Shown in pieces: positions 9,221-18,590 of a DNA stretch of 64,000 nt (positions are counted from its first letter, which is position 1; every line of letters begins with the position of its first letter). A program made the position numbers and the translations under genes. The notes beneath the pieces are model-generated. The model ran no database searches and was not told the DNA's origin. It was given only the letters and a program-made list of their open reading frames with translations. This stretch comes from Bordetella parapertussis (lineage in GTDB: Bacteria; Pseudomonadota; Gammaproteobacteria; Burkholderiales; JACQAP01): contig CAMDKM010000011.1 in NCBI GenBank assembly GCA_945900965.1, forward strand, positions 9,213 through 73,212, read 5' to 3'.

Positions 9221-11026
9221 ATGAACGAAATCCCTCTTCCGCTCCGCCAGGATGCGCACAGCGATATCGCCGCGATAGCTACGCGGTGGCTGCGAGCGTT
9301 CGATGAGGCCTTGAAGCACGGGAACGTGAAAGGCGCCGGGGCGCTGTTCCTTCCCGATGGTCATTGGCGCGATGTGCTCGCTTTTACCTGGCATCTGCAG
9401 ACGATGAACGGCCGCCCGGCGATCGAAGCGACGCTTTCGCGGACCCTGACAGGCGCGCGGCCCAGTGGATTCCGGCTGGCGCAAGGGCGCACGCCACCGC
9501 GCCAGGTCACCCGCACCGCAGTCGAGGCGATCGAAGCGCTGATCGAGTTCGCCACTGCGCATGGCACGGGCATCGGAGTGCTGCGCTTGGTACCCGACCC
9601 TGCCAATACGGATCGAATGCTCGCGTGGAACCTGCTGACCTCGCTGGACACACTGAACGGCCAAGCGCAGCAGGCCTTGCCTGCGCAGGCGCGACCCAAT
9701 GACAGCCGGCGGGAATTCGGCGGCGATAACTGGCTCGACCGACTGGAAAAGCGGCGCGCGTTTGCGGACCGCGATCCCGCCGTGCTGGTGATCGGAGGGG
9801 GTCAGGCGGGATTGTCGGTGGCGGCGCAGCTGCAAAATCTCGACGTCGACACGTTGATCATCGATCGTCACCAACACATCGGCAATAACTGGCGCAAACG
9901 CTACCACTCGCTGGTGCTGCACAACGAAGTACATGTGAATCATCTGCCTTTCATGCCCTTCCCGCCCACCTGGCCGGTGTTCATCCCGAAGGACAAGCTG
10001 GCAAACTGGTTCGAGACCTATGTCGAGGCTCTGGAGCTCAATTACTGGACCGGCACTGAACTGGTTGCTGGCCAATACGACGAGCGCTTGGAGAAATGGA
10101 CAGTCACCCTGCGCCGCACTGACGGCAGCGAGCGCGTCATGCACCCGCGCCATCTGGTGTTTGCCACCGGCGTGAGCTCCATACAGGTAAGGCCAAAGCT
10201 TCCAGGACTGGAGTCCTTCGCCGGAACCGTGATGCATTCGGAAGCGTTTACCAGCGGCGCGCCATGGAAAGGCAAGCATGCGCTGGTTCTGGGTACCGGC
10301 ACCAGCGGCCACGATACCGCGCAGGACTTGCAGGCCAGCGGCGCGCAGGTCACACTGATTCAGCGCAGCCCCACTTATGTCGTGAGCCTGATGGAAGCGC
10401 AGCGCGTCTATGCCATTTATGGCGAAGGCCCGCCGACGGAGGATTGCGACGTGCTGGCAACCTCCCTCCCCTACCCGGTACTCAAGCGTTTCTACCAGTT
10501 ATCGACGGCGCAAATGCGCGCGGCCGACCAGGCGCTGCTCGATGGTCTGGCGGCGCGCGGCTTTCGGCTGCATTTCGGTGAAGACGACACCGGCTTTCAA
10601 TTGATGTATCTGCAACGCGGCGGCGGTTATTACTTCAACGTCGGATGCTCGGAACTGATCGTCGAAGGCAAGATCGGCCTGCTCCAGTATCACGACATCG
10701 AGCGATTCGTCGCCGAAGGCGCGCGGCTGCGCGATGGAAGGATCGTGCCGGCCGATCTGATCGTGCTGGCCACCGGATACCTCAATCAGCAGGCTGTGGT
10801 GCGCAGGCTTCTTGGCGATGCCATTGCCGAGCGTATCGGGCCGGTGTGGGGATTCGACCACGGAGGCGAACTGCGCAATATGTGGAAACGCACCGCCCAG
10901 CCCGGCCTGTGGTTCACTGCCGGCAGCCTGGCTCAATGCCGCATTTACTCGAAGGTTTTGGCCACGCAGATCAAGGCCTGCGAGCAAGGTCTGTTGAACA
11001 AAAGGCTTTCTGCTCATGAGTCCTGA
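9221..11026 (+). CDS. flavin-containing monooxygenase / NAD(P)/FAD-dependent oxidoreductase
   Basis: Two dinucleotide-binding motifs (VLVIGGGQAGLSVA and ALVLGTGTSGHD), with the spacing typical of class B flavoprotein monooxygenases. The first ATG is at 9221; the track ORF starts at a TTG at 9203. Confidence 0.8.
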   Translation: MNEIPLPLRQDAHSDIAAIATRWLRAFDEALKHGNVKGAGALFLPDGHWRDVLAFTWHLQTMNGRPAIEATLSRTLTGARPSGFRLAQGRTPPRQVTRTAVEAIEALIEFATAHGTGIGVLRLVPDPANTDRMLAWNLLTSLDTLNGQAQQALPAQARPNDSRREFGGDNWLDRLEKRRAFADRDPAVLVIGGGQAGLSVAAQLQNLDVDTLIIDRHQHIGNNWRKRYHSLVLHNEVHVNHLPFMPFPPTWPVFIPKDKLANWFETYVEALELNYWTGTELVAGQYDERLEKWTVTLRRTDGSERVMHPRHLVFATGVSSIQVRPKLPGLESFAGTVMHSEAFTSGAPWKGKHALVLGTGTSGHDTAQDLQASGAQVTLIQRSPTYVVSLMEAQRVYAIYGEGPPTEDCDVLATSLPYPVLKRFYQLSTAQMRAADQALLDGLAARGFRLHFGEDDTGFQLMYLQRGGGYYFNVGCSELIVEGKIGLLQYHDIERFVAEGARLRDGRIVPADLIVLATGYLNQQAVVRRLLGDAIAERIGPVWGFDHGGELRNMWKRTAQPGLWFTAGSLAQCRIYSKVLATQIKACEQGLLNKRLSAHES

Positions 11027-11083
11027 CAGGCCGCAAGATTTCGCGGCGCCAGCCAGACGGACTGGCGCTCGTACAATACCGCC

Positions 11084-12055
11084 ATGAAGGACTATCTCGT
11101 CTCGCTTGAACGGCTGCAAGAAGCCGCCGCAGTCGTTTATGAGTCGCTGGCGCCCACGCCGCAGTACGCCTGGCCGCTGCTGCAATCCGCGCTCGGCGCG
11201 CAAATCTGGGTCAAGCATGAAAATCACACGCCGATTGGCGCCTTCAAGCTGCGCGGCGGGCTGGTTTATTTTCGCGACCTGGCCCAGCGCGGCAAGCCCG
11301 CCGGGGTCATCAGCGCCACGCGTGGCAATCATGGCCAGTCGGTCGGCTTTGCGGCCCGCCAGCACGGCATACCCGCCACCATCGTGATTCCGCAGGGAAA
11401 CAGCGCCGAAAAGAATGCGGCCATGCGTGCACTCGGCGTCGAATTGATCGAACACGGAGAGGATTTTCAGGCAGCCAAGGAGCGCGCATCCTGGATCGCC
11501 CAACAGCGCGGGCTGCATATGGTGCCTTCCTTCCACCCGCTGCTGGTGCATGGCGTGGCGTCGTATTCGCTCGAGTTGTTGCGCGCGGTGCCCGACCTTG
11601 ATGTGGTTTATGTCCCCATCGGCATGGGCTCCGGAATTTGCGGCATGATCGCCGCACGCAACGCGCTAAAGCATCGCGTGGAGGTGGTCGGAGTCGTAAG
11701 CACCCAGGCGCCCGCCTATGCGCTTTCCCTGGAACAAGGCCGCGCCGTTGAACATTCCGTGACCACTCGCATCGCGGATGGCCTGGCCTGCCGCACGCCC
11801 GAACCAGCCGCGCTCGACATTCTTCAAAAAGGCATGGCAAGGGTGGTACGGGTGAGCGACGACGAAATCGAGGCAGCAATGTGCCGAATGTATTCCGCCA
11901 CCCACAACGGGGCGGAGGGCGCAGGTGCTGCGGCACTTGCGGCGGCCTGGCAGGAACGCGGCCGATTGGCGGGACGTAAAATTGGCGTGGTGCTTAGCGG
12001 CGGCAATGTCGATCGGGAGGTATTCTCCCGGGTTCTCGCCGGTGAACTGCACTGA
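11084..12055 (+). CDS. PLP-dependent threonine/serine dehydratase (short form, no ACT domain)
   Basis: 323 aa. PLP-lysine motif GAFKLRGG, plus ATRGNHGQS and the glycine loop PIGMGSGICG. Confidence 0.85.
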   Translation: MKDYLVSLERLQEAAAVVYESLAPTPQYAWPLLQSALGAQIWVKHENHTPIGAFKLRGGLVYFRDLAQRGKPAGVISATRGNHGQSVGFAARQHGIPATIVIPQGNSAEKNAAMRALGVELIEHGEDFQAAKERASWIAQQRGLHMVPSFHPLLVHGVASYSLELLRAVPDLDVVYVPIGMGSGICGMIAARNALKHRVEVVGVVSTQAPAYALSLEQGRAVEHSVTTRIADGLACRTPEPAALDILQKGMARVVRVSDDEIEAAMCRMYSATHNGAEGAGAAALAAAWQERGRLAGRKIGVVLSGGNVDREVFSRVLAGELH

Positions 12056-12114
12056 ATTTTGCCAAACTTCGCAAATCGCCAGACGATACCGAAAAATGCT
12101 AACGGAAAATAATC

Positions 12115-12513
12115 ATGCCCTTCGACCCTACCGCCCCCGGTAAGAAGCGCGCACTTAACGTGCTCGGCGGGCCGCTGGCCGAATGCGGCAGCCGGCCGCT
12201 TACCGGGTTTTATCGGGACGGCTGCTGCAATACCGGGGCGGACGACCACGGCGCCCATACCGTGTGTACGCTGATGACCGAGGCATTCCTGGAATTCTCG
12301 CGTTCGCGCGGCAACGATCTTTCCACCCCGATGCCCGAGTACGGCTTCCCGGGCCTGAATCCCGGCGACCGCTGGTGCCTTTGCGCAGCACGCTGGCGCG
12401 AAGCGCTCCAGGCCGGCGCCGCGCCACAAGTCGTTCTCACCGCCACTCATGAACGGACCCTGGATTACGTCACTCTCCAAGAATTGAAGAAGTATGCGGT
12501 GGATTTGCAGTAG
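12115..12513 (+). CDS. DUF2237 family protein
   Basis: 132 aa with the characteristic PLTGFYRDGCCNTG...HTVC...PGDRWCLCAARW pattern. Confidence 0.85.
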   Translation: MPFDPTAPGKKRALNVLGGPLAECGSRPLTGFYRDGCCNTGADDHGAHTVCTLMTEAFLEFSRSRGNDLSTPMPEYGFPGLNPGDRWCLCAARWREALQAGAAPQVVLTATHERTLDYVTLQELKKYAVDLQ

Positions 12514-12703
12514 GCGAGAGTGCGATGACCGGTGACGGGTGACAAGTGAAAGCGTGAAAAGTGAATGAGTGAAGGCGTGAATGGTGACGAATGACGGGTG
12601 AGAATATGCGCGCCACCTTGCGGCGCTCCACCCCTCGCCACTCGATCCGCGATCCTCAATCCTGACCTCTCACCCCTCGTCCCTCGCCCCTCTCCCCTGA
12701 TTC
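12514..12703. repeat. heptad-arm palindromic element, copy 1
   Basis: Left arm of GTGACGG/GTGAAAG/GTGAATG units. Core hairpin GCGCCACCTTGCGGCGC (12610-12626). Right arm of CCCCTCG/AATCCTC/CCCTCGC units. Confidence 0.8.
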
Positions 12704-12705
12704 CC

Positions 12706-13287
12706 ATGCTTTTCCGACGCGCATCCGATTCTGACTATCCAGGCATCCTGGCCTTGCAGGAAGCCAATCTGTTTGCGAATCTGAGCGAGGAGGCCCGCAG
12801 GGAAGGATTTCTATCGGCTCGTTTTTCAGTCGAGCAGTTCGAGCGGATGAATCGCGATGCGGCGATTGTGGTGGCCGTCGATGCCGGTCGGATTGCCGGC
12901 TATGCGTGCAGCGCCTCGGTGGAAGACAGCCGGCGCTATCCGATCCTCGCGGCGATGATCGAGACCTTCGGCCGCACCACATTCCTGGGCACTGCGTTGG
13001 CCGATGCCAATGTCTGCATCTACGGCCCGGTGTGCGTGGATCGGACATTGCGCGGGCAAGGCGTATTTCGACAATTGATTCGTACCCTGAAAGACGAATT
13101 GGCCGGGCGCTATGAGACGGCGGCGGCATTTATCGCAAAGTCGAATGTGCACTCGTTGTCCGCGCACGTCGACGGACTGGGAATGACGCTCACCGGCGAA
13201 TTCGAATACGTCGGAAAATCATACTGGATCGTGTGTTTTGGAATTCCCGCAGCCGACCTGGCTCGCGGTGTCGGGCCGCGGAAATGA
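12706..13287 (+). CDS. GNAT family N-acetyltransferase
   Basis: Acetyl-CoA binding motif VDRTLRGQGVFRQL (R/Q-x-x-G-x-G/A). Start at the first ATG after the repeat. No SD is visible, so the start is uncertain. Confidence 0.7.
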   Translation: MLFRRASDSDYPGILALQEANLFANLSEEARREGFLSARFSVEQFERMNRDAAIVVAVDAGRIAGYACSASVEDSRRYPILAAMIETFGRTTFLGTALADANVCIYGPVCVDRTLRGQGVFRQLIRTLKDELAGRYETAAAFIAKSNVHSLSAHVDGLGMTLTGEFEYVGKSYWIVCFGIPAADLARGVGPRK

Positions 13288-13308
13288 CTCCGTGCCGAAA
13301 TATATTCA

Positions 13309-13500
13309 ACCTAGAAAAAGCAGCTGAACCACAGAGGCACTGCAGCTTCGGCCGTAAGTGCTGCGCCTTAAGAACATCGCGAAAAACAGCTTGTTGATTC
13401 TGTCCGTGCACTCACCAAAAAGGTGAACCCTGCTGGCATGACAACTGATTGATCTATTGTCCTTCTCGGTGTCTCTGTGCCTCTGTGGTGCAGATTTTGG
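13309..13500. repeat. CACAGAG-arm intergenic element, copy 2
   Basis: Perfect 13-bp inverted repeat ACCACAGAGGCAC (13328-13340) / GTGCCTCTGTGGT (13477-13489). Outer AACCTAGAAAAAG. Confidence 0.75.
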
Positions 13501-13515
13501 GTGATCCTCGCGCCA

Positions 13516-13547
13516 GAAAAAGCAAACGGCCGCCTAAAGGCGGCCGT
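13516..13547 (-). terminator. Rho-independent terminator of the membrane-protein/VWA operon
   Basis: 9-bp GC stem ACGGCCGCC / GGCGGCCGT with loop TAAA (13526-13547). On the minus strand it is followed by TTGCTTTTT. Lies 20 nt downstream of the VWA gene stop. Confidence 0.8.
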
Positions 13548-13567
13548 CGGTAAACTCGCGATGCGTG

Positions 13568-14236
13568 TTATCCCCTCTTACGGAAAATCCTGTCGAGATG
13601 CTCCATATCGTTGACCACTTTCCAGTCGGTAGCGCCGGCGGTGCGGGCGCGTTTTTCCCACCATTCCAGGCGGTCCAGGTAGCGACGCGGATCGACGTTG
13701 TCGGAATCGAGTTTGGTGACATTGACCGCGACAATGCGAATGCCCTCCAGTTTGATGGGTATGTCGCGCACCGCCTGTTTATCGATTTCCTCCTGCATGT
13801 CCGAGAAAATCACGATAGTCTTCTGCCCAGCCTGAGTTTCGTTAAGGAACAGCGTCGCCTGGATCATTCCGCCGGTGATATCGGTGTATCGGCTGCCCTT
13901 CGAGGCGACGACGTTGCTGGCAAATTCCGCAAACTTCTCGCTGAAGTTGCGTTTCTGGACATTGGATGCCAGCGGATCCTTGCCGAGCGTCACTTTTGCG
14001 ACGATGTCTTTTTCGGTAAAACTGCGGCTCTTGACCCGGCCGATCGCCAAGGCGTCGCCGGGGTTCAAAGTGCCCAACAGATAATTCACCAGCGCCTTGG
14101 CTTTGCCCATTTCCTTGGCGTAGGTACCGGAGGTGTCCACCAAGACAAATACCGATTGATGATGATCTACGCTGGGCCCACATGCCGCGATGCTCAAGCA
14201 TGCCCCCAAGAGGGCCAATTTGAATAGGTGCTTCAT
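13568..14236 (-). CDS. VWA (von Willebrand factor A)-like lipoprotein
   Basis: Lipobox LSIAAC after the signal peptide MKHLFKLALLGA. MIDAS-like elements VLVDTSGTY ... YTDITGG ... IVIFSDMQEE. Confidence 0.75.
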   Translation of the reverse strand: MKHLFKLALLGACLSIAACGPSVDHHQSVFVLVDTSGTYAKEMGKAKALVNYLLGTLNPGDALAIGRVKSRSFTEKDIVAKVTLGKDPLASNVQKRNFSEKFAEFASNVVASKGSRYTDITGGMIQATLFLNETQAGQKTIVIFSDMQEEIDKQAVRDIPIKLEGIRIVAVNVTKLDSDNVDPRRYLDRLEWWEKRARTAGATDWKVVNDMEHLDRIFRKRG

Positions 14237-15708
14237 GCTGCCTCCTCCGATCTGGAAATTCGTCGGGAACCCGATTGCGCCCCCCCTTTGATTTGCAACG
14301 ACCCGCCGCCGCGATGCCCGTTGACCAGACGCTCAATGCCCAATGGCGCAAAGATCACAACGTCGTAGAACATGACTGCGATATTTCCGCTCTGTCTCAC
14401 CAGGCCCGCGAGGATTCGCAGCACAAATGCCAAGCCTTGGAGTAGAAATTCCAGACCGGCGCCCACTACGGTGCGGCCTGCACTGACAAAATATTCCAAG
14501 GGAATTGCCACAAAAGCCAGGGCAAATGGCAGCGTAAAACCCAGGATCATCTGACCGAATGTGGGGATTTTTGTGATCCATCCGGTCTCCACCGGCGCCG
14601 CACCCGCAGCCGCACCCAACTGAGTCTTGAGCGCAACGTCGGCGGCCACGATCATGTCGCGCATCACGGCGAGGCCGACTTCCACACCGGCCAGCACCAG
14701 GAGAATGGAAAGCGAGGCCCACATCAGCCAGCGGCGCATTTTTTCGGTGATATTGCCCAGCGGGAACAGGCTGGTGAAGCGCAGGGTCTCCATCAAGAAC
14801 AATCCCATCAGCGTTTCAAACAAGATGATGACCAGTGCCGCCAGTTCGGAAGCTTGTAAATCCCCTACGATATAGTCTCCGCCGCCGACCATGGCCGACA
14901 TCGGCAAGGCAATCAGCTTGAAGTTCACAAAAGCGCCGCCCACAGCGATCAGCATCACCAATCCGGAAATGAAAAACTGGCTCGATATCGACGCTACCAG
15001 GGAATTGGCAGCATCGTTGTTACGGGCCGCAATCTTGTCCAGCTTGAGCACATTGGCGTCGATTTTGGCGGCGCTTTCCTTGAGGCTGGTGACGTTGCGG
15101 TCAACCTGACTCAGCGTTTGACTCACCGAGCGCCAGAAGGGCAGAAAACTTTTGAGGATATTGTGTCGGCCCTTGTAGGCATTGCGGTATTCGGCCACCA
15201 CCTTCTGGTAAATCGACTCCAGGGAACCGCGAATGTCGCCCAGTATGCGTTCCACCACCCCATCATTACTGGATTTGATTTTGGCTAGCGCCTCAATGGC
15301 CACCACCCACTCCGGCGGCGGCGGGGGAACTTCCCCGCTGCGCTTGTAATCATCTTCGATGCGGGTGATTTCATCCATCAGCTTGCGCTGCATCACCGGA
15401 TAACCCTCGAGATCGCGTTGTACCAGTGTCGTGACGCGCTCGAACTCGCGATCGATAGACATTTTCAATTCATGACCACCATGCGAAAACAGCACCTGGC
15501 GATTGCGTTCGCGCATGCGCAGAGCGCTGCGCACCAGCCAACGCGATCCCAGTCGCATCGGGTTCGAAATCGTCTTGGTGACGCTTAGAATCAAGGCGTG
15601 AAACGGCTTCCTGGCCGCATAGAGGAAGGGGATGGCAATCAGCACCAACACCACGATGGATAAGGCCATTCGATCCGGCCAGATGAGCAACGATTGCAGT
15701 AGCGACAT
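14233..15708 (-). CDS. uncharacterised polytopic membrane protein (N-terminal TM, about 200-aa helical region, C-terminal 6-7 TM bundle)
   Basis: 491-aa ORF with coding-like GC3. Stop/start ATGA overlap with the VWA gene. An AT-rich promoter-like region lies upstream (15709-15920). No family recognised. Confidence 0.7.
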   Translation of the reverse strand: MSLLQSLLIWPDRMALSIVVLVLIAIPFLYAARKPFHALILSVTKTISNPMRLGSRWLVRSALRMRERNRQVLFSHGGHELKMSIDREFERVTTLVQRDLEGYPVMQRKLMDEITRIEDDYKRSGEVPPPPPEWVVAIEALAKIKSSNDGVVERILGDIRGSLESIYQKVVAEYRNAYKGRHNILKSFLPFWRSVSQTLSQVDRNVTSLKESAAKIDANVLKLDKIAARNNDAANSLVASISSQFFISGLVMLIAVGGAFVNFKLIALPMSAMVGGGDYIVGDLQASELAALVIILFETLMGLFLMETLRFTSLFPLGNITEKMRRWLMWASLSILLVLAGVEVGLAVMRDMIVAADVALKTQLGAAAGAAPVETGWITKIPTFGQMILGFTLPFALAFVAIPLEYFVSAGRTVVGAGLEFLLQGLAFVLRILAGLVRQSGNIAVMFYDVVIFAPLGIERLVNGHRGGGSLQIKGGAQSGSRRISRSEEAA

Positions 15709-16141
15709 GATTTTATTTTCCCTGCATCAAATGTGAAGAGGCGTAACCCGGAGCCCTCGGAAAACCCTCGGGAGAACGGCTCACCCACTGCAACCCCCGC
15801 GCCAGAACTCCCCCTCATGGGCAAATCGAAGGTAATTTCGCAGTTTAATTTCTTATGCTGCTGTTATTACGGACAGAAATTCTAAATTTTTGACCGATCG
15901 AAGCGCCTGATAAACGTCAATTCTGTCGCCAATCAGCGACGCGACTCGGCCGGTTTTTGTAATACGCTTGAGTGACTGGAAAGGACGCGGCCGAAGACCT
16001 TGACGTGCGGGACAGGGCGAATGCCTTTCCAATTCGGGGGCCCACTTGAGGCAGCAATGCACAATGCCGCGTGCCAATCCGCCGTTCCCGGACTATCATT
16101 CCGGGCCATTCCTTTTTCCCTCTCAATCGGACACTTTCCCC

Positions 16142-17830
16142 ATGCATGACTTGGTCATTCGTAGCGGCACTGTTATTGACGGCAGCGGTACGCGTGGACG
16201 CACCGCCGACCTGGCGGTCGATGGACAAACCATCACGGCCGTCGGGCCCGGCATAGGCCGCGGGCGGCGCGAAATCAATGCCAGTGGTGCGCTGGTTACG
16301 CCGGGTTTTGTCGATATTCATACCCATTACGATGGCCAGGCCACCTGGGATCCGTTTCTGACGCCCTCCTCGCAGCATGGTGTGACCACGGCGGTATTCG
16401 GTAACTGCGGTGTGGGATTTGCTCCAGTGCGCCCGGGCGCCTCCCCCTACCTGATCAACCTCATGGAAGGGGTGGAAGATATTCCGGGAACCGTTCTGGC
16501 CGAGGGCGTGAGCTTTAACTGGGAATCTTTCCCGCAATTTCTCGACGTGCTGGACGCCGCCCCCAAGGTCATGGACATCGGTGCGCAGGTTCCCCATTCG
16601 GCATTACGCTTCTACGTCATGGGCGAGCGTGGAGCCAATCACGCCGAGGCACCCACCGGGGCGGAAATTGCCCACATGGGCGATCTGCTCGAAGAAGCCC
16701 TGCATGCCGGTGCGCTGGGTTTTTCCACCTCGCGCACCACCAAACACAAAGCCCGGGATGGCAGAGCAACCCCGAGCCTTTCCGCCGGCGAGCCGGAGCT
16801 GGCAGGCATCGCGCGGGCCATGAAACGCGCCGGACGTGGCGTAATCGAAGTCAACTCGGATTTCGGGCCCGGCGAATTCGACATCCTGCGCAACGCGGCT
16901 CAGGCCGCCGGACGGCCGCTATCGGTACTGCTTTTGCAGGTCAACAATGCGCCCGAGCTTTGGCGCGAAACACGCTGCCAGATTCATGAAGCACGCGCAG
17001 CGGGCGTCAATGTCACCGGCCAGGTGGGCAGCCGGCCGATTGGCTGGATGATGGGCCTGGAAACTTCCACCCACCCGTTCGGACGTCATCCGGCATGGCT
17101 GGCGATGGACAAACTTTCTCCGCAGCAACGCTACGCTCGTCTGCGGCAGGATGCGGAGCTTCGCCGAACCCTCGTCGAAGTGCGCCCCGACGACGAACAC
17201 ACCCGCTGGCTGGAACAGGCAATGGCCCGCGCCTATGTCGTGGACGACACCTACGATTACGAGCCTAGGACTTCGGACAGCATCACCGCACGCGCCGCCG
17301 CTCTCGGGACAAGCCCCTGGGCCTTGGCGCTGGATGCCATGATGCAGGATGGCGGCAAACGGTTGCTGTCGCATACCTTTGAAAATTATTACCACGGTAA
17401 TCTCGAAGATATCCGCGAAATGCTCGCCGACGAGGCAACCGTGATGGGGCTGGCGGACGGCGGCGCGCATGTGTGCACCGTCTGCGATGCGGGCGCCACG
17501 ACTTTTCTGCTCACGCACTGGGCGCGCGATCGCCGCCGCGGGGAAAAGCTGCCACTGGAATTCCTGGTAAAAAAACAGACCCGCGACACCGCCACCGCCT
17601 ACGGATTAAACGATAGAGGCTTGCTCGCGCCCGGCCTGCGCGCCGACATCAACGTTATCGATTTCTCCCGGCTGGCGGTGGGCCGCGTCGAAGTCGCCTA
17701 CGATCTGCCCGCGGGGGGACGCCGCCTGGTGCAGGGCGCCAACGGGTATTTGCACACCTTTGTCGGCGGCGTGGAAACGCTGCATAACGACGCACACACG
17801 GGTGCGCTGCCTGGCCGGCTGATTCGTTAG
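16142..17830 (+). CDS. N-acyl-D-amino-acid deacylase (D-aminoacylase) family amidohydrolase
   Basis: MHDLVIRSGTVIDGSG..., metal-binding GFVDIHTHYD, GNCGVGFAP. Start at the ATG at 16142. Confidence 0.85.
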   Translation: MHDLVIRSGTVIDGSGTRGRTADLAVDGQTITAVGPGIGRGRREINASGALVTPGFVDIHTHYDGQATWDPFLTPSSQHGVTTAVFGNCGVGFAPVRPGASPYLINLMEGVEDIPGTVLAEGVSFNWESFPQFLDVLDAAPKVMDIGAQVPHSALRFYVMGERGANHAEAPTGAEIAHMGDLLEEALHAGALGFSTSRTTKHKARDGRATPSLSAGEPELAGIARAMKRAGRGVIEVNSDFGPGEFDILRNAAQAAGRPLSVLLLQVNNAPELWRETRCQIHEARAAGVNVTGQVGSRPIGWMMGLETSTHPFGRHPAWLAMDKLSPQQRYARLRQDAELRRTLVEVRPDDEHTRWLEQAMARAYVVDDTYDYEPRTSDSITARAAALGTSPWALALDAMMQDGGKRLLSHTFENYYHGNLEDIREMLADEATVMGLADGGAHVCTVCDAGATTFLLTHWARDRRRGEKLPLEFLVKKQTRDTATAYGLNDRGLLAPGLRADINVIDFSRLAVGRVEVAYDLPAGGRRLVQGANGYLHTFVGGVETLHNDAHTGALPGRLIR

Positions 17831-18170
17831 TCCTGCTTCCGTAGTACACACCAACGTCGTTCCGGGGAGCACACACGGGAGTCGGCGCCGGATGTCCCAC
17901 ACCGCTATCCATCTTGATTGTAGGGATTTGCCCACAGCCAAGCTTCGTCAACGCTTACGCCAAGTTCGGGCCTTTCCCACAGCAAGATACGGGTATCCCT
18001 GCAACACTTTGCCGGCCTTTTCACTATCCTCGGAATCAACAAAGCGCGCGAATATCCGATTCAGGGATTGAAGGGATTTGGGCTTTTTCCCGCTTGTTCG
18101 GATAATGCGTTGTCAAAAATACAACGTTTGCCGATGCAGGCGTGAGGAGGGTCGGCCATAGGGGATACTT

Positions 18171-18590
18171 ATGGACCCGCTATCCGTTGCCGCACTTGCG
18201 GTAGAGCTGCTCGCATCGATTCACGCACTTTCCGGTTATCCGGCGGTCGTGGATCTGCCCGAAATTCACAGAGTCCCGCTGGCCGAAATTCAGTAACGGG
18301 CATGCAAAAGTACTTGCCGGGTCCAGGCGATCTACCTGCCCGGCGAAGGCGTCTACATCGACGAAACGTTCGATCTCGTCAACGACCCGTTTGCCCGCTC
18401 CATTCTCCTTCACGAACTGGTTCATCACGACCAGAAGGTCGCCGGGGCATTCGAGAACATTCCATCGAACTGCGAACGCTGGTACGCCGCCGAAGCCCAG
18501 GCCTATGCGATCCAGAATCGCTACCTGGTCTCCCTCAACCTGCCTAATCGGGTGCACTTCCGGACCACCGGAGTGAGGTGCAAGGATTAA
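18171..18590 (+). pseudogene. small HExxH (zinc-metallopeptidase-like) protein interrupted by an in-frame TAA
   Basis: A single frame reads MDPLSVAALAVELLASIHALSGYPAVVDLPEIHRVPLAEIQ-TAA(18294-18296)-RACKSTCRVQAIYLPGEGVYIDETFDLVNDPFARSILLHELVHHDQ...RCKD-stop. The downstream part has no plausible start codon of its own. Confidence 0.55.
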
